From Narcine bancroftii (Eukaryota): DNA of 64,000 bases. The translations under genes and the position numbers were made by a program. Under the pieces are notes generated by a model that ran no database searches, was not told the origin of the DNA, and saw nothing but the letters and a program-made list of their open reading frames with translations. The DNA lies in contig NC_091473.1 of assembly GCF_036971445.1 (NCBI RefSeq), forward strand, positions 215,946,001 to 216,010,000, in the 5' to 3' direction. Positions 36,755 to 47,839 of the stretch are shown one piece after another. How positions within the stretch are numbered: the stretch's first letter is position 1; every line of letters starts with the position of its first letter.

Positions 36755-37650
36755 CGCATACCGGGTGCTGCGTACACTGGCTCTGGGTGCACACCAGCTC
36801 CAGGCGCACACCAGGTGCTTCGGGCTCCGGGTGCACACCAGATCCAGGCGCACAGCGGGTGCTGCGGACACTGGCTCCAGGTGTACTCCAGCTCCAAGCG
36901 CACAGCAGGTGCTGCGGACACCGGCTCCAGACGCGCTCCGGGTGCTGCGGACATCGGGTACTGCGAACACTGGCTATGGGTGGACACTAGCTCCAGGCGC
37001 GCTCTGGGTGCACACCAGCTCCCGGCGCGCCGGGTGCTGCGGACACCGGCTCCGGGTGCACACCAGCTCCAGGCGTACACCGGGTGCACACCAGCTCCAG
37101 GCGTACACCGGGTGCACACCAGCTCCAGGCGTACACCGGGTGCACACCAGCTCCAGGCGTACACCGGGTGCACACCAGCTCCAGGCGTACACCGGGTGCA
37201 CACCAGCTCCAGGCGTACACCGGGTGCACACCAGCTCCAGGCGTACACCGGGTGCACACCAGCTCCAGGCGTACACCGGGTGCACACCAGCTCCAGGCGT
37301 ACACCGGGTGCACACCAGCTCCAGGCGTACACCGGGTGCACACCAGCTCCAGGCGTACACCGGGTGCACACCAGCTCCAGGCGTACACCGGGTGCACACC
37401 AGCTCCAGGCGTACACCGGGTGCACACCACCTCCAGGCGTACACCGGGTGCACACCACCTCCAGGCGTACACCGGGTGCACACCACCTCCAGGCGTACAC
37501 CGGGTGCACACCACCTCCAGGCGTACACCGGGTGCACACCACCTCCAGGCGTACACCGGGTGCACACCACCTCCAGGCGTACACCGGGTGCTGCGGACAC
37601 CGGCTCCGGGTGCACCCCAGCTTCAGGCGCACACTGGGTGTTGCGCACCC
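36755..37650. repeat. 28-bp CpG-rich minisatellite (ccgggtgcacaccagctccaggcgtaca)
   Basis: About 19 near-perfect core units at 37052-37590 with degenerate flanks. Confidence 0.95.
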
Positions 37651-38458
37651 CGGATGATGGAGGCAGGACACGGTATCTCCTTTCCCCGCCGCAGCTCAGC
37701 ACCTCTCCTCCGCCCTCATGAATGGTCACAATCTCTCCCTGACGGTGGACCATTGCTGTCGCCCCCCTAGCCCGGCCTGACGTCACGCAGCAGGCTCGTG
37801 CACCTGTTCCACCACATCGCACAGCGCGGCTGACCTGCAGCAGCGAGCCCGCCCGCTCCTATCAAGGGAGAGGGACTTGAATGGGGAAAAGAAATAAGAA
37901 AAAACATGGCCACGCACGGCCTATGGACCCCGGGACCATGTACAGCTTTCTGCTTACACCCCCACATGGTGGACAAATTAACGTCTGGCTCCAGGTGGCG
38001 CAGGACGGACGACAGAGAGCTTAAAAGCCGGACTGTCCGTCTTGAAACCGAACATCTGGCCACTTCACCCCTTCAGAATCCTGATTTTTGACTTGCGACC
38101 CTGCATTGCACTAGCCTGGCTGTGCCCCACGACCTCTCCCTTGCATTTTCATGACCCTTGACCCCAGCTTCCCATGACATTGAACCCACCCCTCGACCAT
38201 CCCACCTTCCCATGACCCTTCCAACCGATTTTGCCCCTCCACATTTTGAGCATTTCAAAATTCATGTATTGTCATGTAATAAAACAGAAAATGTAACATT
38301 GGTGTAATGTTCCACCAGACAGATTTGCCATCAGCAAAATTGCACAGCGCCCCTTACAGCCAGAGAAAGAGGACCAAATAAGAGAGTCCCCCCCCCCCCC
38401 GGGGCCATGGAGTGTCCATGGATTCGCCTCCAGCACTCCAACAGCCTTCAGTCTTAAC

Positions 38459-38812
38459 CAGTTCTCAACCTTTTTCTTTCCCCTCACACACCACCCTAAG
38501 TAATCCCTATGCCATTGGTGCTCTGGGATTAGTAAGGGACTGCTTAAGGTGGGATGTGAGTGAGAAAAAAGGGTTGAGAACCACTGCTCTAGACCCAATG
38601 GTTACTGAAATATTTTGCTTGTCCCATTTCCTTTGGAGTTATGAAACCATGGACATAACGAGTCAATTAGGTGCAATTAAAGCAGTGGTTTTCAACCTTT
38701 TTCTTTCCACCCACATACCACCTTAAGCAATCCCTTACTAATCCCAGAGCACCTATGGCATAGGGAATACTTAAAGTGGTATGTCAGTGGAAAGAAAAAG
38801 GTTGAGAACCAC
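38459..38812. mobile_element. Two inverted hAT/Charlie-like MITEs separated by a ~95-bp spacer (partial copy at ~36005-36137)
   Basis: TIR cagtggtt(c/t)tcaaccttttt...aaaaaggttgagaaccactg, internally palindromic, adjacent to ctctagac. Confidence 0.75.
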
Positions 38813-39959
38813 CCATCAGCAACCTGAGCTCTGCCATGATCAGGACCCCTTGGCATCCCTTCACATCTCATTTCCGATACTTGATACCCCTTCAGCCAGT
38901 TCCCAGCAGCCCTCAGCTTGGTGTGCCCTTTGACCGCAATCGCCAACAGCCGGCATCTTGGGCCCAGACACCCTGGTCGTGAGATTTTGAAATAAACCCC
39001 CATCGGATCCTTTAACGGCTGTTTAAAGCCCACACAGAGCAGTCAGAATGGGCGGTTGGACCCCTGCAGGGGAGTCCTGTGATTTCGCTCCCACTTCTCC
39101 ACCATTTCCGTTGTGAACCTGGCTCCAACCTTGATCCCACATCCCTCAGGATATCCCCCCCCCCCCCCCACATCCCACTCCCATCTCCTGCTGCTTGTGA
39201 CTCCCTTAGCCCAGCCCCCTCCTGCTTCACCCCACCCACACGGTCCCTCCGCTTCCTGTGATCCTGGCGCCCCAATCCTTCCCTGAGTTCAGGATTTTAA
39301 CTTGAGGAGCTGTCCCATCTCTTTCTGAAACTACTCCAGAACTGATGCTGTGGTAGCTAATATAACGAAGGCAGTGTGCAGGGGGTTTGCAGTCAGGTGG
39401 GGCATTGCGTGGATGAGGGGTGTTGGCACAGGAGAGGAATGTTAGGATGAAGGTGACTGAATAGTCGAGGGTGGTGAGGAGGAGTGGCCATGCAGGGGGC
39501 AGCTGGGTGGTTTGCCAGCAATGAGGGTGGGGAAAGGGATATTTGCATGAGGAGGAAATTATATTGAAGCTTGTTAGGGGGGTATATGGGCCTGGGGGGG
39601 GGGAGGAGAGGGGATGGGGAGTGAGGAGGGTGTGGAGAGGAACAGCATAGGGTAGGGAGGGAGGGGAAGGGGATGATAACAGGTGGGGAGGGGGAGGTGA
39701 GGTGTAGGGAATGAGATGGAAGGTCTGAGGAGGGATAGCATTCGAGGAGTAGGGGAGGGGAAGGGAATGGAGGAGAAGGGAGGGGGAGAGGAAGGAGGAA
39801 AGGGGACAAAGGGAGCGGAGGTGAGATGGGGATAGCATGGAAGAAGGAGGGGAAGGAGGAAGGTGGAACACAGGGAGAGGAGGGAAGGGAGGGAGGATCG
39901 AGGGGAAGAGGGAGGGAGGGGTGTGAGTATGGGGTCCACTCTCTGCTGCTCTCCCACAG

Positions 39960-40202
39960 GGGCCTGGCCATGTCAGCAGTGAAGAGGTCTCTGATCGGGG
40001 TGTGCCAGCTGAGCTCAACGGGGGACAAGAAGCACAACTTCCGGGAGTGTGAGCGGCTGGTGAGGGAGGGGGTGGAGAGGGGGGCTTGCATGCTCTTCCT
40101 GCCCGAGGCCTTCGACTACATAGCATCCAGCACTGAGGAGACCCTCCAGCTCGCTGAGACCCTGGAGGGGGAGGTGGTGCAGAGATATTGTCAGCTGGCC
40201 AG
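39960..40202 (+). CDS. NIT1: Deaminated glutathione amidase (nitrilase 1), exon with the downstream ATG at 39970
   Basis: MSAVKRSLIGVCQLSSTGDKKHNF...GACMLFLPEAFDYI (catalytic Glu)...YCQLAR. cag/gtaacg. Confidence 0.93.
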
Positions 40203-40916
40203 GTAACGGGGCAGGGGTCTGCCCATCCACTGTACTCTGACCCCATCCCCATCGTTGGCCCATCCACCACTCCCCAACTGTAGCCCTATCCCCCATCTTG
40301 TCCCCTCTTCCCTATCCCCGCACCCTCATTCCCATCGGTCACTGCCATCCTGTCCCCATCCCCCATCGCTGTTCCCTCTCCCCATTTTCCATCCACATTC
40401 AAATCCCATTCTCTGTCTCCAATCTCACCCCTCTCGCCCCTTCCCCCTCTTTCTGCTTTGCTGCCCTAAGCCTCCCTCCATCAGTATCTCTCCCTCTCAC
40501 CCCCTCCCCTCTCGCATTCCTCTCTTCTCACTTCCCACTCTTACCCCACACTCCCCTTCCTCCACTCTCTCCCCCTTATCTCCCCCTCCCTTACCCTTCT
40601 CCCTCTCTCTCCCCATCCCACCATCTCCCTTTTCTATTTATTCCTGCACTGCTTCCCTGAGTCTTCCTCTACCATCTCTCTCCCCCTCTCATCCCTCTCT
40701 CCCTCCCTCCCTTGCCCTGCTCTCACCCCACATTCTCCCTATTCTCCACTCTTTCTCCCCTTCCTCCCTCACTCCCCACTCTCTCCCCATCTGTCCCCTC
40801 TCTCCCCCTTCTCCCTGCACCATTGTCCAGAATCTCTTCCTCCCCCCTCTCCCCCACCTCCACTGCACATTCAACCCCCCCCCCCCATCCCACTACAAGA
40901 GTATGTTGCCCTGCAG

Positions 40917-41020
40917 GGAGACCGGTGTCTGGCTGTCCCTCGGTGGGTTCCATGAGCGAGGACCGGACTGGGAACGGGACCGGCGGATCTACAACACCCA
41001 CCTTCTGCTCAATGAAGCGG
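40917..41020 (+). CDS. NIT1: NIT1 exon (104 nt)
   Basis: ETGVWLSLGGFHERGPDWERDRRIYNTHLLLNEA. Confidence 0.94.
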
Positions 41021-41433
41021 GTATGGGGCAGCGTCGATCCTAGGCTGGGGTGGGGAGAAACTCCCAGCCTGTCAGGGGGAGGAGGGGAATAGACCCCAGG
41101 CTGTGTGGAGGAGAGCATAGGCTCCCCAGACTATAGCAGTGAGGTGGGGGGGGGGGGGGGGGAATGGGAAATGAGAACCCAGACTGAAGAGGATGGGAAT
41201 GGGGAGGAGTCTGGAGTCCAAGCTGAGGTTGAAGGGAAGGGTGTTTGTGCTGTGGGGCAGGGGCTATGTGGTGTCATGGACAGGTCCGTCGTGTGGGGGA
41301 CGTTGTCTGTAGTGTAATGGATGGGGTCCATGCTGTGTGGGTGGGGGTCTGTGGTGTGGGGGAGGGTCAGGGGTCCACGGTGTCATGGACGAGGTCCATG
41401 CTCTCTTGCTGAGCCACCTCTACCTTTCTCCAG

Positions 41434-41567
41434 GACAGATCGCTGGGCTCTACCGCAAGGCACACCTGTTTGACGTGGACCTGAAGGGTCATGTATCCCT
41501 CAACGAGAGCAGCTTCACCATCCCTGGACCACAGATCGAGCCTCCCGTCGCAACCCCGATAGGCAAG
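41434..41567 (+). CDS. NIT1: NIT1 exon (134 nt)
   Basis: GQIAGLYRKAHLFDV (catalytic Lys)...ESSFTIPG...TPIGK. Confidence 0.94.
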
Positions 41568-41579
41568 GTAAGAGGGTCA

Positions 41580-42285
41580 GTGCAGAGGGAGTTTCCCCCT
41601 GGGTTTGACCTATGCCCTGGAAATGTGTGATGGGATGGTGTAGAGGGAGCTTCCCATGGGTCTGATCTGTGCCCTGGGACTGTGTGTAGAGGAAGCTTCC
41701 CCATGAGTCTGTCCCATGCTCCGGGAGTGTGTGATGGAACGGTACAGAGGAAGCTTCCCCCTGGGTTTGACCCATGCCCCGGGAGTGTGTGACAGGACAG
41801 TGTGGTGGGAACATTCCCCTGGGTCTGACCTGTACCCTGAGAGTGTTTGATTGGATAATGTCGAAGGAACTTTCCCCCTGAGTGTGACCTGTGCCCTGGA
41901 ACCATGTGATGGGACGATACAGAGTGAACTCCCTTTGGGTCTGACCCATACCCCGGGAGTGTGTGACTGGATGGTGTAGAGGGAATTTCCCCTGGGTCTG
42001 ATCTGTGCCCTGGGACTGTGTGTAGAGGTAGCTTTCCCCTGGATTTGACCCATGCCCTGGGAGCGTGTGATGGGATGGTGTAGAGGAAACCTCTCCCTGG
42101 GTCTGACCTGTGCCCTGAGAGTGTGTGACTGGATGGTGTCGAAGGAACTTCCCCCTGAGTGTGACCTGTGCCCTGGGAGTGTGTGACGGGATGATACTGA
42201 GAGAACTCCTTTTGGGTCTGATCCATACCCTGGGAGTGTGTGACTGGACGGTATACCGGGAACTTCACTCTGGCTCTGACCCATG
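41580..42285 (-). repeat. ~58-bp satellite family array forming nearly the whole NIT1 intron 41568-42304
   Basis: About 12 units, the same unit as at 14858-15155. Confidence 0.9.
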
Positions 42286-42304
42286 TGGGCCTTCTCTTGC
42301 ACAG

Positions 42305-42430
42305 ATTGGACTTACAATTTGTTATGACCTCCGATTCCCAGAAATTTCCTTGGCCCTAGCCGCTGCTGGGGCAGAGGTCCTCACCTTCCCTTCTGCCTTC
42401 ACAGTGACAACCGGCATGGCACACTGGGAG
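42305..42430 (+). CDS. NIT1: NIT1 exon (126 nt)
   Basis: IGLTICYDLRFPE (catalytic Cys)...GAEVLTFPSAFTVTTGMAHWE. Confidence 0.95.
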
Positions 42431-42514
42431 GTGAGCTATCTCCATTGTATTTCAGCTGTGAAGTATTACTTTTCAATGGTGGTGTGTGTGGTGGGTGGGT
42501 ATAATGAGGGGGGG

Positions 42515-43212
42515 TTAGAACCATAGAACATTACAGTACAGAAACAGGCCTCTTCGGCCCTTCTAGTCTGTGCCGAACCATTTCTTTGGCCTAGTTCCAC
42601 TGACCTGCACCCAGTCTATAGCCCTCCATATTCATACATCCATGTACCTGTCCAAATTCTTAAATTTAAAATTGAGCCCACATTCACCATTTCAGATGGA
42701 AGCTTGTTCCACACTTCCACCACTCTCTGTGTAAGGAAGTTCCCCCTCATGCTCCCCCTAAACATTTCCCATGTCCTCTGATTCATATCTCAGCTACCCT
42801 CAGTGGAAAAAGCCTACTCTGTCTATCCCCCTCATAATTTTAAATACCTCATTCTTCTATGCTCCAGGGAATAAAGTCCTAACCTGTTTAATCTTTCCCT
42901 ATAACTCAGTTCCTGAAGTCGAGGCAACTTCCTAGTAAATCATCTCTGCCCTCTTTCCATCTTACTGATATCTTTCCTGTAGTCAGGTGACCAGAACTGC
43001 AAACAATGCTCCAAATTTGGCCCCACCTTATACAACTTTACCTTAACATTACAATTCCTGTACTCAATGCTTTGATTCATGAAGGCCATTATGCCAAATG
43101 CTCTCTTTACAACCCAATCCACCTGTGATGCAACTTTCAGGGAATTATTTATATGTATTCCCAGATCTCTCTGTTCAACCGCACTCCTCAGAGCCTGACC
43201 ATTTACCATGTA
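42515..43212 (-). mobile_element. CR1 LINE 3' end in the last NIT1 intron
   Basis: EQRDLGIHI..KLYK..PNLEHCLQFWSPDYRKDI, with a ttctatggttcta-type tail. Confidence 0.8.
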
Positions 43213-43423
43213 TGTCCTCCCTTCTTCTCCTCCTCTCCCACCCTCTCTTTCCCCACTTTGTCTCCTCCTCTCTCACACCTATCTCTCTCCCCTCTTTCTC
43301 CTCCTCCCATTTACCCCATCATTCCCCTTCACCTCTTTCTCTTCCCTTTCTCTACCCACCCTGCTCCCCTCCCTCTCCTCTTTTCCACCCTGTACCACTG
43401 CCCTGACCCTCTTCCTTCCACAG

Positions 43424-43702
43424 CCTCTCCTGCGGAGCCGTGCCATCGAGACCCAGAGCTACGTGGTGGCAGCAGCGCAGACGGGCCGACACAACGTGGG
43501 CCGGAGCTCCTACGGCCACTCACTGGTGGTGGATCCATGGGGATGCGTGCTGGCCCAGTGCGGACAGGGTCCCGGGCTCTGCTGCGCCCTTATAGACCTG
43601 GACTACCTGTGCCAGCTGCGCCGACAGATGCCCCTGGCGCAGCACCGGCGCCGCGACCTGTACGGGGCAGTGGGAGCCTGCCCCCAGACCCACAACCTCT
43701 GA
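43424..43702 (+). CDS. NIT1: NIT1 terminal exon
   Basis: PLLRSRAIETQSYVVAAAQTGRHN..RSSYGHSLVVDPWG...HRRRDLYG...THNL*. Confidence 0.95.
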   Translation, partial: PLLRSRAIETQSYVVAAAQTGRHNVGRSSYGHSLVVDPWGCVLAQCGQGPGLCCALIDLDYLCQLRRQMPLAQHRRRDLYGAVGACPQTHNL

Positions 43703-43839
43703 CCTTGCTATAAAGCAGTCCAGAGCTACAATCCAGCCTTCCAGGTTTGTCTTGCAGAGAGACAAGACCTGTTAGTGTACATATTAGTTTATTAAAGCTG
43801 TCTTATACTCGCACTGCTGGTGTGGATATTGTCAGTACA
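43700..43839 (+). mobile_element. 5'-truncated copy of the 6925-7112 LTR, forming the likely NIT1 3' UTR
   Basis: Co-linear similarity from tgaccttg..tataaagcagtccagag to attgtcagtaca. ATTAAA at 43791-43796. Confidence 0.85.
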
Positions 43840-43870
43840 TGTCCATCTGTCTGCACCCTGCCCCGGCCAC

Positions 43871-44295
43871 TCAGCTTGGGATCCTCTCCACCTGGACAGC
43901 GATTTCCCCCCCCCCCCCTTGGTCGACAGTAAACACTGAATCCAAACCTATCTCTGCTCTCTCCTTTGTCGACACCACTTTGCCTCCATTACCTTGTGCT
44001 GTGTCGGTTTCATAATCTCCTTATCAGAGGTTTTCTGTAAGTCCAAACAACCACAATTACCTTATCAATTCAGTGGTTACACCCTGACCAACCCCGGGGT
44101 GATAAATCCAAACCGACTGTGCCATTATTTTCCATGGTGTGTGACGGTGCAGTTGCTGTCAGTCTGTGGGAACGCTGTGGGAGCAAGGAAATTCACCTAT
44201 GCCTCCTGCCAGCAGTCCTGTCCTAGAGAGGGCATCCTGCTCCCACTCACCTCCCCATTGAATCTGATCACTTTCTCTACTCTCTCTATCAATTT
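43871..44295 (-). CDS. Candidate 3' exons of an unidentified minus-strand gene (44251-44295, 43993-44034, 43871-43891)
   Basis: Three consecutive AG/GT-bounded segments open only in phase 0: KLIERVEKVIRFNGE | KTSDKEIMKPTQHK | VERIPS*. Minus-strand AATAAA at 43788-43793. No homologue recognised. Confidence 0.35.
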
Positions 44296-47139
44296 CTGGG
44301 GTGAAAGAGAACTTGGGTGGGTGAGGGGGGGGGGAGAGTTTGAGAATGGGGAGGAACAGATTAGAGATGGAGGGAGTGAAAAAGATAGGGAGGATGAGAG
44401 AGGAAAGGGTGAGAGAGAGAGAGGGGGGGAGAGTGAGCTGGAGAAAGAGTGTTTTGGAGGAGTAGCACTGTGGGCATCCTGGATTTCCAGTATTTCTGAT
44501 GCAGGTGAGGCCATTTGGTCCATGCTGTTCTAGCCTTCCGCACTGGGTATGTGTCCCCACATGCCCTGGTTTTTCAACCCCACTCTCTCCTCAGTACTGG
44601 TTAATGGTGGGGAAGGTCTCTGCCTCCATGTCCTGTCAGTCCCAGAGCCTCACCTTCTGGGGAAACCCCCCCTCCCTCCTACCCCCTCCAGTCCTCACCC
44701 CCAGTTCCTGGACATCTTGACCCACTGCTCAGGGAAGTCGCTCCATCCCATTGACTTGGGATCTCCCATCATTTACCTCAGCCCCACCCAGACTGCTGTT
44801 CTGGGGGTGGGGTGGGAAACAACCTCATCCTCTCCAAACCTTCACATTGTCAACATTCCAGTGCTGGTGACCCCTGGTATATTCCCCCACCCTGCACTCC
44901 GGGGAGGGGTGACTATGATTTTTGCTTGTACCCTGTCTGGTTCCAGCTCCCTCTCCCTGCTCTTGTGCTGCTGCTCATAAGGCGACTCTCCCACTCCGCT
45001 TCTGGGGGTCCTGGAGTGACCGATGAGGTTAGTGTGGGATCTGCAGACTCTGCCACAGACAGGACAGGAAATGTGTGACGGGGCGGATAGGCGGGGAGTT
45101 TGTGAGCAGGTGGGCTCCTTCCACCACTAACACAGGTCTGTGTGTTCCAAATCCCATCTCAATCCCATCCTAAGTGTCCCCTCCCTGAGTGTCTCAGATC
45201 AAATATTCCCTGGAGCCAGTGGGGACATTGTGTTTCTTCACAGATCACATCCTTGAATCTTTCCCTCTACCTGCCCGGGGACCTCAGCCTGTGGCAGAGC
45301 TGTTCCGGGAGTCTGGATCCAGGTCTGATCTGACTAGTGGACTGACTGGGTGTAACTGGGACCTCAGTGCGGGGGTCGTTGGCCTGGGACAGGACACTGA
45401 TATTGGTTCACTAATCCTCCCAGAGGACTTTGTGGGATCTCTCCAGTTCCTTTGTGGGTAATCTGGCTCTCTGGAGTGGTTAGGAGAAGAGGAATCATTG
45501 CTGCCTAGGAGACCAAACATCTGGTGCCAGGCCTGAGGTTCAGACATTTAGACTCCCTGCCCCTGGATGGCCTATTGACAGTAGTGGTAGGAGTCACGAT
45601 CAACCAGATGTGGCTCTGAGTGGTTGGAAGCAGCTGTCTCCAGACTATCGTACAGCATGGACACCCTACCCCACTCTTGAGAGTGCTCACTGCTGTCTCG
45701 GAACTCAAACTCTAATCAAGTGTCCCCCCGCTCTTCGAGACCCAAGATGACGCCGGTTAGCGTAACACTACGGCAAAAGCGCCAGTGACCCGGGTTTGAA
45801 TTCAGAGCTGTCTGTAAGGAATTTGTACATTTTCCCTATAGGTTTCTGGGGGCTCCAGCTTCCTTCACATTCCACATACTAGAAGGTTAGTGGTTTAATT
45901 GGCCACATGGGTGTATTCGGGCGGTGCGGGCTCATGGGCCAGAAGGAACCCTGCTGTATTTCTAAAATTACAAAATATTAAATTCCTTTAAATTCACAAA
46001 ATTCGTCAACTTTTGCCTGCCTTAAAGACACAAAGGAGTGCCACCAGCCCAGGGCCACCACCGATAAGAGAAAGGAAGCAAGAGTCCCTTCAGAGCCTCC
46101 TGCGCTCCCACAGCTTCAGCAGTCGGCCAGCCTTCTGTGCATTCCAGCCACGAAGTTGAGCTCCCGGATCCGATAGGTTCTCAGCAGCCGAGGCCCCTTC
46201 GAGAGCCCTTCTTGCATCTCAATCCTGGGCCCAACACTTGGTTCTCAACCACTGAGGTCGGGGCGGCCTTGGTCCAGGAGGAGATGTGCTCGGCAGTGGG
46301 ATGTGCATGAGTGAGAACTGGTGAGTGCAAGCTCCTCTCTCTGAATCCATTTCCCCCCCACCCCCCACCCCCCCCACCGAGGCAGAGTCACACCCTTTGA
46401 CCTGCTGCCAAGGTACGGTTTGCTCTGTGTGCCATTCAAAGAATTGCCAGATTCTGCCATCCTCTTGTAATTAAAAAAAGTTAGAAAGGAAAAGAAGCCC
46501 TTGCAGAGATGCCAACCAATCTCCTCTGCTGCTCTGGGGACCTGCTCTCCGTCTCAGCCTCCCTGATCTCTGCTCCTGCCAACTACTAAGGAGGCACAGT
46601 TAGTGCAGCGCCAGCAACCCAATTACGAATCCAGCGCTGTCTGTAAGGAGTTTGTATGTTCTCACCATGCCAGTATGGGTTTCCTCCGAGTGCTCCAGTT
46701 TCAAAACATATGGGGATCGTAGGTCAATTGGGGCGGCATGGGCTCGTGGGCCTGAAGAGCCTATTACCGTTCTGTATGTCTAAATTTAAAATTAAAATGT
46801 AAGCATTAAAAAAATTTAATATCTCCCAATGCTTTTTGATCCCTCTTGCCCCAAGGATGAGATCTGACCCTTTCCCCCTCCCCAAATGTCTGACCACTGT
46901 GGTGGAGAATTGCCCATCTCTTGATCTTTTCCCTTATCCTGTGACACCGCCCCCCCCCACAGCCTTTGGAAACATTCTCCCTGCATCCAACCCATCCACC
47001 CCTGGTGTAACCTGGAATGTTCCTGGCAGAGCCCTTCTCAGTTTGTTGATCCTCTGCTGAATCACCCCAAAGTACGTCAGTGGTCACTCCCCAGAGATGG
47101 GCCTGGAGTAGCGTCCACCTCCCCGTGGTGCAGGGGTAA

Positions 47140-47830
47140 ACTATACTTGCCGGAGAATCAACGGGGCTCAGCGGGTCAGGCAACATCCGTGGAAGGCTAC
47201 AAGCTGTCGATGTTCCAGGCTGGGACCCTTCATCAGGAATGGATGGATGCCCAAATAAGAGGGTGGGGGAGAGAGAGGAACTTATGGGTGATAGGTGACT
47301 GCCAGGGGGAAAAATGGGGGCAGGCGGTTGGGAAGAAGCTAGGAGGTGATAGGAGGAAGATGCAGAGGGCTGAGTAAGCTGCTTTCTGATGTGAGGAAGA
47401 TGAGGAGGTCTGAGGAAACCGCTCTCTGATAGGAGGAGGATGCAGAAGGGTGCGGAAGCTGCTCCGTGATAGGAGGAAGGGAAGGGGAGAGGTGGGGAGT
47501 TTGGAGGTGTGGGTTATGGGTAAGTAGAGCAGGCGGGGAGGGAAAAGAAGTAAAGGGCAAGAGAGGGGGGAAAGCACAAAAGGGTCGAGAAAACAAGGGA
47601 AGGTGTTAACAGAAATTAGAGATGTTAATGCCATCTGGTTGGAGAGTACCTAAATGGAATACAAGGGGAAATTTGTGGGTGGTCTTGGATTGGCATTTCA
47701 CAAGGCCATAGACTGACATGTCAATGTGGGAATGGACTGTGGAATTGAAATGGTTGGCCACTGAGCAGGTCCTTGCTGTTGCACCGGACAGAGCAAAGGT
47801 GTTCAATGGAATGATATCCCAGCCTGGGTT
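47140..47830 (-). mobile_element. Penelope-like 3' fragment (GIY-YIG C-terminus plus pLTR)
   Basis: SVANHFNSTVHSHIDMSVYGL...FHLGTLQPDGINI, plus a CTGATGA hammerhead-like motif at 47208-47237. Confidence 0.75.
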
Positions 47831-47839
47831 CAGTGCCCC

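Noticed and set aside
36624-37822. 300+ aa ORFs on both strands
   Set aside because: They are produced by a stop-free 28-bp tandem repeat.
39227-41043. Long Pro-rich ORFs overlapping NIT1
   Set aside because: They are low-complexity intron read-through or antisense frames. Only the spliced NIT1 exons show homology.
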